Source: Diplonema japonicum | Lineage: Eukaryota > Protista > Euglenozoa: Diplonemea | Assembly: GCA_964019335.1 (NCBI GenBank) | Contig: OZ025658.1 | Location: 1 to 64,000 of the forward strand | Direction: 5' to 3' | DNA length: 64,000 nt | Shown here: piece after piece, positions 46,812 to 56,224 of the stretch | Layout of the letters: each line of letters starts with the position of its first letter | Position numbering within the stretch: position 1 is the first letter of the stretch | Program-made: the position numbers and the translations under genes | Notes under the pieces: generated by a model | What the model was told of the DNA's origin: nothing | Database searches by the model: none | What the model saw: only the letters and a program-made list of their open reading frames with translations

Positions 46812-49800
46812 TTAAGACTTTCGTGTAAATGTACTTGCGGACGGGAGGGTGCTCTTCCGTCTTGCGAACTTCCTCGAATCGAATGAGCGGTGTCGGGAGG
46901 TACGCTTCACGAGCGCCATGTTTTGGCGAGGCGAGTCTTCTTTTGGGATCGTGCGTTGCTCTTCCTCGAATTCACGCAGCCAGCGCGTGAGAAAGACAAC
47001 CTTCGAGGAGGGGAAGAACTCGCGGAGGACCTCAAGGACAGATATCTGGCCGTCTCTGTCTTTATCGAATCTCTTGAAGAGGCGTTCGTCGAACACATCG
47101 CCGCCCAACAGGAAGTTTGTATTGCCGATCACCTCGTTCATGTGCACCATCCCGCTGTTGTCCGTGTCGATCTCTTGGAAGTCCACCACCAGACGTCTGG
47201 CGTCGGATTCGTTGAAGACACCCTTCAACACTCTGCTGCTCTTCCGTCTTGAGAACTTCTTTCTCGCCGACACCACAACATCAGGGGCTGCAAAATTTAC
47301 CGACTTCAGCCTGTCCTCGTCGATCACTAGGTCGTAGGCAGGTCTCATCACTTCCACCACCTTTTCCTGTTCCTCCGCGTTGTGGTACTGCAGCAACTTT
47401 ATGTCAAACCCGTTCTTCCCCAGCACGAGCTTGTTGTAGAGCTGCATCGCGAACTCGAGCACTTTCACCATCTCCGCCTGCACCAAAGGCTGCTGGTCGT
47501 CGCCGTTCATCGCAGCATGGATGGCCGCCGTCCTTCTCAGCATCTCCTGCAGCATTACCTCCAGCTTGTTCACCATTACCACCTTCCTTGCCTTTACAAC
47601 CATCTTCCCTTTCTCCAACTTTCCCGCGTTCACATCCCAAAACGTTGGCTGCATCCTGTTCACACCAACAACTGAGCTGCGTCGCCAGAAGTTCCACCGT
47701 TCGTCGACTGCTTTGGGCAGCACCGTGTGGATCGCCTCTGGTGTTGTGACGCCCCTCAGGTTCACGTCCCCTTTGCTGTGCACTGCATATGAAGCAAGGA
47801 TGCTGCCGCCCCTCTCGTCGTTCAGGCGTGTTATCTCAGTGAAGGCAGCAAACCCGACTACAATTTCGCCGCCCTTCCCAGTGCCGGATATCCTTGCAGC
47901 TAGGTTCACCATGGGGCCGAAGTAGTCCGCTCTAAGAGTCACGGGGTCCTGCTGTACTTTGGGCCTCCCTTGGTTGAACCCCATGCGCACACGTGGGCCA
48001 TCGAATATTTTGACGCTGTTTTTGTAGAACGGTTCAGACTCTGGCTGACATCTTATCCATTCGTGCCAAGAGGCTTTTAGTAGTTCCGTTTGGCTTTCAC
48101 TGCACCACTCAAGGGCATCTAGCACACTAGAGAACGCCATCATGAAGGCGTCGCCCTCTGTCTTGACCTCGTACGCGTTGCACCGTGCACCCACTTGGCG
48201 GAGGATCCTGTTGTGCTTCGTGATACAATCTTTCATCACATCCGCGTTTCCGTCCCACAGACGTGTGGAGCCCTGGATGTCAGAGAAAGCAAGGGTCACA
48301 AGACCCATTGGGGGGACCTGCACCTTGGACGCATCATGCAGATGCATCATGCGGTACTCGTGTATAGATAGCACGTGGGAGGCCACCTTGAGGTCCGCTA
48401 TCATTATGGGCACCTTCTTCGAGACTGCTAACAACTTCCTGCTATGTTCTTCTGTAATCTTCGGCGTCTGCGTCTCGGGAGCCTCTTTCTTCGTCACCTC
48501 CATCCATGGCGACAGAATGGCCTTTGTAACTGCCTCGTTACTCCACACCTCCTCTCTGTACCGCAGCTCTGATGGGAGCAATTGGAAGACTGTTTCAGGT
48601 TTCGAGATGCCTTTAAGCTGCTTCTCCCCGAGTGGAGTAACCGCCATCTCGTCGGTGAGCAGGTTCAGGCGCGACAGTTGGTTGAAGGCAGCTGTTCCGA
48701 TCACAGTGCTCCCTCCCTTGCCAAGGGCGGAGATCCTTGCTGCTAGGTTCACAGAGGGACCGAAATAGTCCATCCTGCCTGACACGACGTCTGCCTGGCA
48801 GTCAGGGTCGCAGATGTTGAACCCCATCCTGACGCGCAGCCCGTAGAACACCGACACGTACTCCCGCTCTGCTGTGTTGTAGTCGTACACAGCTGACGCA
48901 ACTGGCTGCTGAAGAATACACTCTGGCCACTCTACCTTGAGCAAGTGCCTCTGCACGTACATGCACCAGCTCAGAGCTAGCGCTACATCTTGAAAGGCCA
49001 CCATGAATGCATCACCTTCCGTCTTCACCTCGTAGCCTTGGAAGAGCTCGATTGCCTTCCTCATCAGATTGTTGTGAAGCTGCAAGGCGATAGTCATCCC
49101 CCGCATCTCCTGGTCCCATAGCTCAGTGCTGCCCTGTACGTCTGTGAAGACCAGCGTCAGCACACCCTCTGGTGCGGGCTTTAAGAAGACAGGATCGTTC
49201 GCCTGCATCAGTTCGCCTTCCAGTGTTTCAAGCAGCTTGGTGTTTAGGCTTTCGATGGACTTAACCTTTCTGTACTGTCGTTTATGCGTGTTCTGTAAAG
49301 AGCCCTCCCACCACCGGGGCATGCTCGGAGGCGACCCCATCGCGAACAGTATCCTTCTGGAATTCAAAGAGAAGGGCAGCATGGATTGGGCGGTCAGTTT
49401 CTTCAAAGGCTTTTCCATGAATTGGAGCGTGCTCAAGATGGATATGCTTTGGTTGTCTTCCTCTGTCAATAAGAGGTCGTTGTAAACAGCAGAGGAAACC
49501 AACATCTCGCCAGGGTGCGCTGCCTCGCAGAGGGTAGCTGCTGCAGCGATGCATTCGCCTCGGTAGGAGTACCGCATGGTGGTGAGGTCTAGACGGCGGG
49601 TTGTGTAACCAGCAGAGACACCCATTCGGAGCCGCGGACCGTTCATGCAGTAACCTCCGTAAGCATCTTCCAACTGAGGGTACACGTTGTCAACGACAGA
49701 GGACCAGCTGGCATCGTTGCAAGCAATACACACAGCAACGCACCATGCAATGCACTCATGAACGTTACAAAAGACATGCATCGAACGGAAGCGTTTGCAA

Positions 49801-50585
49801 ATACTCTCGTAAGCTCCGAGCTTGCTCTCAGACCTGAGAATCCTTTTGAACAGCTTACTGACATGTTTTTGATCCTTGCAAAGATCGTGCGTGCCCGGAA
49901 CATCCACCATTACAATAAAGACAGGCGACTCTGCCAACGGTGCAGGCGGCCCCTCTGTGATGAACGTCATCAGAAAATCATCGTTCAGCCGCATGATGTT
50001 CCGTTCACACGATTGGGAGTACGACATGAACTGGCGAAGCGTTGACGGGAGGTGCTTGTACTTACGTGTTCGTCTTATAAGATGGGACCGTTCGTGTTCA
50101 AGAAGTACCTGCGTGCTGATGTCTCTTTGAAGGCGTTCGAAAGACACACGGAGGACCTCGTGACGATCTTCTTTCGCGTCAGAAATGGATTTGTGAAACG
50201 CTTTTAACTCCGCGAGCTCGTCACGTAACGTTTCCAGCCTTTCTCTGACAACCGTGCCTGGTTGGGCTGCCATTGCGGACCGGGTGAAAGGTGAATCATC
50301 GATATCCGGCCACATCACAGAGTGGGGCTTGCTAGGAACAACAAGCTTGCTGCGGCGTTCTCTCGTTTTCTCGTTTCGGTGTTGGACGTCGTTCTTCAGG
50401 CATTCTACGATGTTTGAGTGTTCCTCGCTTGCTTTTTTGTGGACCTCTAGTCTCTCCTTTAAAGTGCTAAGTACCTTCGGTGCTGGCATGCTTCTCACTG
50501 CAGAGAGTTGGTCCTCTACATTCTTCACCCTGGTCGACAGCGCTTTTGGTGGCGGGTGGGGGTTATGTGGGCCATTTGTCATCAT
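46812..50585 (-). CDS. Soluble class III adenylate cyclase-like protein with three cyclase domains and EF-hands
   Basis: Two intact FTDVQGST/FSDIQGST..YEVKTEGDAFM..RVRMG..DYFGP.VNLAARIS domains, one degenerate N-terminal copy, and DTDNSGMV / DKDRDGQIS EF-hands; no obvious TM. Confidence 0.92.
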   Translation of the reverse strand: MMTNGPHNPHPPPKALSTRVKNVEDQLSAVRSMPAPKVLSTLKERLEVHKKASEEHSNIVECLKNDVQHRNEKTRERRSKLVVPSKPHSVMWPDIDDSPFTRSAMAAQPGTVVRERLETLRDELAELKAFHKSISDAKEDRHEVLRVSFERLQRDISTQVLLEHERSHLIRRTRKYKHLPSTLRQFMSYSQSCERNIMRLNDDFLMTFITEGPPAPLAESPVFIVMVDVPGTHDLCKDQKHVSKLFKRILRSESKLGAYESICKRFRSMHVFCNVHECIAWCVAVCIACNDASWSSVVDNVYPQLEDAYGGYCMNGPRLRMGVSAGYTTRRLDLTTMRYSYRGECIAAAATLCEAAHPGEMLVSSAVYNDLLLTEEDNQSISILSTLQFMEKPLKKLTAQSMLPFSLNSRRILFAMGSPPSMPRWWEGSLQNTHKRQYRKVKSIESLNTKLLETLEGELMQANDPVFLKPAPEGVLTLVFTDVQGSTELWDQEMRGMTIALQLHNNLMRKAIELFQGYEVKTEGDAFMVAFQDVALALSWCMYVQRHLLKVEWPECILQQPVASAVYDYNTAEREYVSVFYGLRVRMGFNICDPDCQADVVSGRMDYFGPSVNLAARISALGKGGSTVIGTAAFNQLSRLNLLTDEMAVTPLGEKQLKGISKPETVFQLLPSELRYREEVWSNEAVTKAILSPWMEVTKKEAPETQTPKITEEHSRKLLAVSKKVPIMIADLKVASHVLSIHEYRMMHLHDASKVQVPPMGLVTLAFSDIQGSTRLWDGNADVMKDCITKHNRILRQVGARCNAYEVKTEGDAFMMAFSSVLDALEWCSESQTELLKASWHEWIRCQPESEPFYKNSVKIFDGPRVRMGFNQGRPKVQQDPVTLRADYFGPMVNLAARISGTGKGGEIVVGFAAFTEITRLNDERGGSILASYAVHSKGDVNLRGVTTPEAIHTVLPKAVDERWNFWRRSSVVGVNRMQPTFWDVNAGKLEKGKMVVKARKVVMVNKLEVMLQEMLRRTAAIHAAMNGDDQQPLVQAEMVKVLEFAMQLYNKLVLGKNGFDIKLLQYHNAEEQEKVVEVMRPAYDLVIDEDRLKSVNFAAPDVVVSARKKFSRRKSSRVLKGVFNESDARRLVVDFQEIDTDNSGMVHMNEVIGNTNFLLGGDVFDERLFKRFDKDRDGQISVLEVLREFFPSSKVVFLTRWLREFEEEQRTIPKEDSPRQNMALVKRTSRHRSFDSRKFARRKSTLPSASTFTRKS

Positions 50586-51314
50586 TGCCCCTTTTCATAA
50601 CACTTTTTGTGGTTGTTGTAATTTTTTTTTTTTTTTTGGTAGAAAAAAAAAAAACATTTTGAAAAGGTTACATAAAAAAAAAATAAGTAAGGTGCCTGAC
50701 ATTCAAAAAAAACTCACACTCCTACCCACCCTTTCGCCTTTTCAAAAAAAAAACAAAAAAAAAAAAAAGTGACTTTCTTTTCCATTTTTCTTTTTTAATT
50801 CAAAGATTGGTGAGGGAGAGGGACTACATTTGGTTCTGTGAAAAACCAAAAGTTAAAAAAAAAGATTGAAGGGTTTTTTTTTTTTAAAAAAGAAGCAAAA
50901 AAAGAGAAGAAAGTGTCACTAAAACTTACAAGCAGCAAAAGAAAATACCTGTAATAAAATATCGGAGGTAAACCGTAGGAGGTAAAAAAGAAGTAGGGAA
51001 AGGGGATGTTGAGCAAGAAAGACACCCTCAAAAAGAAAATGGGGGGATAGAAGAATACAGAGTAGATCCTTTTCAAAAAAAAAAAAAAGAAAAATAAGTT
51101 GCCCCCCATTTTCCTTACCCCCAACATTTCTTTCGCATATTTCACCCCTCCTTTTTCTTTCTCCTGCCACTGCCACGCGAAAACAAAAAACTTTTTTTTT
51201 TTTACCCCGGTTTATTTTTTTTTATAAAAAAACCACGCACTATAAAGGTTTAAAAAAAAAAAAAGAGGAAATAAATGGAAGAAGAAAAAAAAAGAAAACC
51301 CACAACGAATTCAC

Positions 51315-52607
51315 TCACAACTTGCTAGCAATGGGTTTCGGGGTCAGAGCTTTGAGGCCAGGGAGAGTCTTACCCTCCATTAGTTCGAGCGACGCGCCAC
51401 CACCTTTTTTTTTTTTTTTTTCTTCCCCCCCCAAAAAAAAACCTGTTGAAATATGAGACAGCTCCCCACCGTATCCTGACTTCTCCGCTGCTGCTGCGGA
51501 GTCCCCGCCACCAACTATGGAAAGCATTCCAGGGGTCTTTGCCATAGTGCGTGCAATAGCCCAAGTACCAGACCGGAAGTGGGTAAACTCAAACACACCG
51601 ACAGGCCCGTTCCATATGGCAGTTTTGCAAGCTGAGATAACGTCAACCATAAGATGTTCGGTTTTAGGGCCTACGTCGAGCGCCATGAGGTTTGCGGGGA
51701 TTTCAGGCCCGGAGGTGATGATGGGGTCAACATCCTCGAATTTCGCCGCGCACCTGTGGTCCACCGGGAGGACAATCTGCACGCCCTTTTTCTCGGCCTT
51801 CTTCAGGAGCTTATCAGCAAGCTTCACAATGTTCACCTCATTGCCCTTCTTGTCCTTGGAAACAGTTTCACATTTAGACTTCCCCACTGGGATATTCTTC
51901 GCTTTTAAGAAGGTGTACGCCATCGCACCGCCGATAATAAGCTTGTCGCAAGTTTCAATAAGATTGTCGAGAAGGAGGATTTTATCGGAAACCTTCGCGC
52001 CGCCGATAATGGCGCACATAGGACGGGGGGGGTTGGACAAAGCTGACGAGAAATAATCGATTTCTTTCTTCATTAAGTACCCGCATGCGCCTTGTCCGAG
52101 AAGCTTTGGGATGCCTGTCATACTAGCAGCGTTCCTGTGCGCTGTACCGAATGCGTCGGAAACGAATAAATCCCCATAAGACGCGAGGACCCTTGCCATC
52201 CCTTCGCGAAGCTCCTTGTCCTTGGACGATTCTGCTTTATGGAAACGAAGGTTCTCAAGAAGGATTACATCACATGGTTTCAATGCGGAACAATGCCCAT
52301 GTGCGTTCATGCAATCCTCTGCAAACAGTACATCCTGTGAAAGAAGTTGTGAAAGCCTGTCGGCAACAGGCCTCAAAGAGTATTGCGCCTCGTACCCGAT
52401 CCCCTTCGGCCTTCCCAAATGGCTCATCAAGATTACGGAACCTCCCTCTTCAATCACCTTTTTAATTGTTGGTATGGCGCCTCTTATCCTCAGATCGTTC
52501 TTTACGAGGCCATCCTTCACCGGTACGTTGAAATCCACCCTCATGAGGACCCTTTTGCCCTTCACGTTCAAGTCGTCGATCGACTGCTTTCCAAAGTTTC
52601 CTGCAGA

Positions 52608-52610
<3 letters not shown>
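51315..52610 (-). CDS. PGK: Phosphoglycerate kinase with PTS1 (-SKL); intron 51404-51442
   Basis: RVDFNVP, SHLGRP, LLENLRF, DAFGTAHR, GGAKVSDKI, WNGPVGVFE, GGGDS; splicing restores HISTGGGASLE; ends ASKL. Confidence 0.97.
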
Positions 52611-52647
<37 letters not shown>

Positions 52648-52769
52648 TTGGCGTGTAGGCTCTTTTTTTTTTCTTGTTGTTCATTATTAATGGAGGGTTC
52701 AAAAATATTTAAAAAAAAATGGGGGAGATGAAGAAAGAAAAGGGAGAAAAAAAAAAAAACAATGTACAT

Positions 52770-52814
<45 letters not shown>

Positions 52815-52971
52815 TCCCGTAGTTTCTATTAAAAATCTTTTTTTTTTTTCGTTCTGTTTTTTTTTCTTTCCTCCTCTTTGGGGGAGATATCTAAAAAAAT
52901 GTGAGGGTGGGGGGGGGAGAAAAAAAAGAAAAAACCCATACTACTTCTAATTATTTCCCTTATCCCCCCCA

Positions 52972-53832
52972 TCAATCATCAAAATGATTATAGTAGTAAC
53001 GGAACTCTTCGCGAAGTCGGTTGGCGTTCATCGCCTCAAAGCTATCCGCCGCAGCCTTTCTCTTGTACACCACCGAGGACGTTCGATCCGGGGGACCACC
53101 ACCACCACCACCACCACCACCCCGCTTAGGTGTTGCAGCACGGTTAGTAGATCCAGACGGCCGTCCGGCGGACCGTGACCTGGGTGCTGTAGGTGTGCCT
53201 CCTCTCCGTGAAACGGGAGCTGCTGCGCCCCGCGGTTTGCTTTCTTTAAGAGCGGCGTTTTCCATTTGAAGGCTTTTGATCTCTTTTGCAAGAATGAGGA
53301 TTTGTGTTTCTTGCGCGTCATTCTTCACCTCTAAATCTTCGATCCTCTCCCTGGCCGCCTCCATGTCGTGCCCGTGCCTAGGAGGGGACTGGTTTTTCGG
53401 GTGGTGTGGGTGTGGGTGCGACGAGACTGACGCACTTCGCTGAGGCGACTCGACCATCTTCACTTTCCATGGTACCTTCGACACCAGCTTGTCCCTGCTG
53501 TACACTGCCTCGTACATCATCTTGTTCTCCCATATCACCCCTCTTCCGTGCTTCATCGATTTTTCAAACCCACCCTGGTACATGTCCCCGTTGGCGTAGT
53601 AGTAGATGCCGAACTTTCTGTTTGCGTCTTCCCACTCCCCGACGAAGCGGTCCTTCGTGTCGCTCTCCACGAATTCGCCCCAACCGTTCATCTTCCCATT
53701 CGACCAGTGGCCTTCGTATATCTTGCCGTTGGCAAAGCTGTATTTCCCCCACCCGCTTTTCATGCCGTCCGTCCCGACCTGGCCTTCAAACTTGTCGCCA
53801 TTGGGATAGGTCTCTACGACCGTCGTCGTCAT
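52972..53832 (-). CDS. MORN-repeat protein with coiled coil
   Basis: Repeated YEGHWSNGKMNGWG / YQGGFEKSMKHGRG units. Confidence 0.9.
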   Translation of the reverse strand: MTTTVVETYPNGDKFEGQVGTDGMKSGWGKYSFANGKIYEGHWSNGKMNGWGEFVESDTKDRFVGEWEDANRKFGIYYYANGDMYQGGFEKSMKHGRGVIWENKMMYEAVYSRDKLVSKVPWKVKMVESPQRSASVSSHPHPHHPKNQSPPRHGHDMEAARERIEDLEVKNDAQETQILILAKEIKSLQMENAALKESKPRGAAAPVSRRGGTPTAPRSRSAGRPSGSTNRAATPKRGGGGGGGGGPPDRTSSVVYKRKAAADSFEAMNANRLREEFRYYYNHFDD

Positions 53833-53904
53833 GTTTCACCTCCCCTCCCCCTCTGTTTGGTTTTATGTGGTTTTTTTGCTGTTTTTTTTCTTTGTTATGA
53901 AAAA

Positions 53905-54753
53905 CTACGACAGAAGTCTTGGTTGTGGCTTGATGTTGCTTGGTGGGATAGGGCCGAACAACTTACGCTGCCACACGGAGAACTTCTCACACAGTGTGTG
54001 CTTGGGGGCCGTGGTGGCGTTGGAAGGCCTGCCCGTGAGGATTTCCTTGCTCGTCTGGTCGGACCACGTCAGGAAGCAGTAGTAACTGCCGAACGAAAGG
54101 AGCGAGGTCCCGATGGCGAAGGTGTAGAAGAGCATCATGGCGCGGCCGATGGTGCCAAGGGAGGGGTTCTTCCCGAACTTCTTGTTCCGCCACTGCTCCG
54201 CGATGTCTACGGCTGTCCAGGCAAAGCACCACGCAGCAAGGAGCGTAGTTTCCCACAGGAACAGCGCAAAGAAACGATAATTGCGCTTTCCAACACACGC
54301 TCCTACTATACCACAGTGGTGGTCAAAGTCTTCGACGCAGAACCCACACATCGAGCAGTGAGAGGCACGAGGCGGGCGGTGCATGCTACACGTGCGGCAC
54401 CATTTCAAAACTGTGATCTCACCGTTTTCCCTTAAAACCAAGTCGTCTTTAGGCCCATCAGGGTCCGCAGCCTTCATGGGTACGATCCCAGGGTCCATGA
54501 AGGACGTGGTCGTCACCAAGCCAAGCGACGTAGCGGTAAGAACCCCTGTCACCCACTGCGCCCATGTTGGGACGATCCCAATGAACATTACAGACGGGAC
54601 TAATATAAACAACCACACCATTACGAGCATGTACCAATCCCTGCCTAGTTTGCAGAACCCGTTTAGAAGGGGTGTTGTGTGGCCCCATGGAGAGACGGTG
54701 CTGTCGCCGATGGCCACTGACGCGTGCTCATTAGCAGCAGTTTGCCGGAGCAT
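53905..54753 (-). CDS. DHHC palmitoyltransferase
   Basis: WCRTCSMHRPPRASHCSMCGFCVEDFDHHC..ACVGKRNYRFF. Confidence 0.95.
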   Translation of the reverse strand: MLRQTAANEHASVAIGDSTVSPWGHTTPLLNGFCKLGRDWYMLVMVWLFILVPSVMFIGIVPTWAQWVTGVLTATSLGLVTTTSFMDPGIVPMKAADPDGPKDDLVLRENGEITVLKWCRTCSMHRPPRASHCSMCGFCVEDFDHHCGIVGACVGKRNYRFFALFLWETTLLAAWCFAWTAVDIAEQWRNKKFGKNPSLGTIGRAMMLFYTFAIGTSLLSFGSYYCFLTWSDQTSKEILTGRPSNATTAPKHTLCEKFSVWQRKLFGPIPPSNIKPQPRLLS

Positions 54754-54815
54754 TTGGTGTGACCTTAGGGAGTTGTTTTTTGAGGGGGGAGGAGGGAAAA
54801 TCTTATATATTATAT

Positions 54816-55469
54816 TCATTCATGTTGCTGCTCGCGCTTAGTCACGAGTTGCCGTTCTCTTCTCACCTTTACAAGCTCGATTCGCTCCTCGAGTCGTTTG
54901 CGCTTTGCCTTGCGTAGTTGCTTCACCTTGGAGCGTGCCCGCTTCGTCTCTTTGCTTATCTCGTTCATAAGTCGTATCCGGTCTTCTTTTGCGATTTCAG
55001 CAGCGGTTTCATCCTCCACAGTCACCTCCCATATCTTCCGTTCATGTTGCATAGCGGTGTCACGGGAGTATCCCATGCTGCCTCTGCCTTGCCCGTACAG
55101 TGACTCTTCGTAGATCTTCATTTCGAAATCGATGGCCGACTCTTCCATTTGTTTGTCGGATAGCTTCACGGCGCCCTTTCTTAGCTGTTCGTACAAGTCC
55201 GCCTTCATCTGAAGCCTGCCCTCCACGTCCTTTACCTTTTCCATGGTTTCGGCGTCGTTCCGCATTCTCCTTTCGATGCCCGGGTTTTTCATGAAGTCGT
55301 CAAGGTTTTTTCCCTTTGCGGTGTCATGTTTCACGGTTTTATCCTTCCCTTCTTGTTCTGCTTTGGCAAGTGCTGCACGCAGTTCCACTGCATTTGTCTG
55401 GCTCAGTCCTTCTATCTTCTCGCTGCGTGTAGGCAGTATGGATGTCCCAGATATCCAACCTAACGACAT
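54816..55469 (-). CDS. CCDC174-like coiled-coil protein
   Basis: VELRAAL, GIERR...D, LQMKADLYEQLRKG, IDFEMK. Confidence 0.7.
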   Translation of the reverse strand: MSLGWISGTSILPTRSEKIEGLSQTNAVELRAALAKAEQEGKDKTVKHDTAKGKNLDDFMKNPGIERRMRNDAETMEKVKDVEGRLQMKADLYEQLRKGAVKLSDKQMEESAIDFEMKIYEESLYGQGRGSMGYSRDTAMQHERKIWEVTVEDETAAEIAKEDRIRLMNEISKETKRARSKVKQLRKAKRKRLEERIELVKVRRERQLVTKREQQHE

Positions 55470-55566
55470 CTTTTTTCTTTTCTCTCCACTTTTTTCTTAA
55501 ACCTTTATTGGATATAAATAAAATTGAAGGGGTGGGGTGAGGTGAGGAGAAAAAAACATGACACTA

Positions 55567-56093
55567 CTAACGTCTTCTCTTGACAAAGGGTTTTGACTTT
55601 GTAGCTTTGATCCCAGAGTGGATCTCCGCCTCTAAGGAGGCGGCTTCTGTGAAGAATTTCATGGCCTTGATCTTTTCACCGGATTTTTCCAATTCCTCCG
55701 CCTTGGCGCGGAGTTCCTTCAGTTTTGCTTCTTTGTTGGTGGAAGCGTTCTCGCGTTGTGCCTTCTCCGCCGCAAAAACACATTCTTTGCATTTCTGTAG
55801 GTTTTTCCCCACTACGTCTTTTCTTAGTTGCTTGTTGGAATACGCCCCGCTTGGCTGTTCCTTTTTGCAGATGCTGCACACCAGGGCTTCCCCCTCCGCA
55901 GACTCATTTACCTCCCTGGCCTTGGCCTCTTCTTTCTGTAGCGTGCATTTCTTGCAGGTAATTGGTGCCTTGTCATCTGCTTGCCAGGCTTCTACCATCT
56001 TTCTTGAAAACTCTCCTGCTACGAGCCTCTGGTAGGGGGGTGGGGAATATTTTGGCATACCTTCCGTTCACACGGCCCGGAGCAGTTGAACAT
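55567..56093 (-). CDS. Protein with two Stc1-like C4 zinc motifs; intron 56029-56060
   Basis: After splicing, CSGPC..EFSRKM..CKKC and CSIC..AYSNKQL..CKEC. Confidence 0.7.
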
Positions 56094-56224
56094 TCCCGCC
56101 CTTCCCTCTGATAAGCCTGACATTTTACCCCCCTTTTTTTTTCCTTCTTTTTTTTACTGTTTGTGTCTTTATGTAATTCCGTGGGTTCCCCTTTGCAATC
56201 TAATTGCACGTGTAGGGGAAAAAA

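Noticed and set aside
15514-54841. Long plus-strand ORFs overlapping genes (e.g. 16841-17851, 26432-27154, 53548-54435)
   Set aside because: Antisense shadows of GC-rich minus-strand CDSs with no motifs of their own.
5421-56060. Stop-codon reassignment or programmed frameshifting to explain broken ORFs
   Set aside because: Every break in a host gene is resolved by a short GT-AG intron that restores the frame; TAA, TAG and TGA all appear as true stops.
5421-56060. Introner-type mobile introns or non-GT-AG introns
   Set aside because: The introns share no internal sequence with each other, and all those I could place have GT-AG ends.
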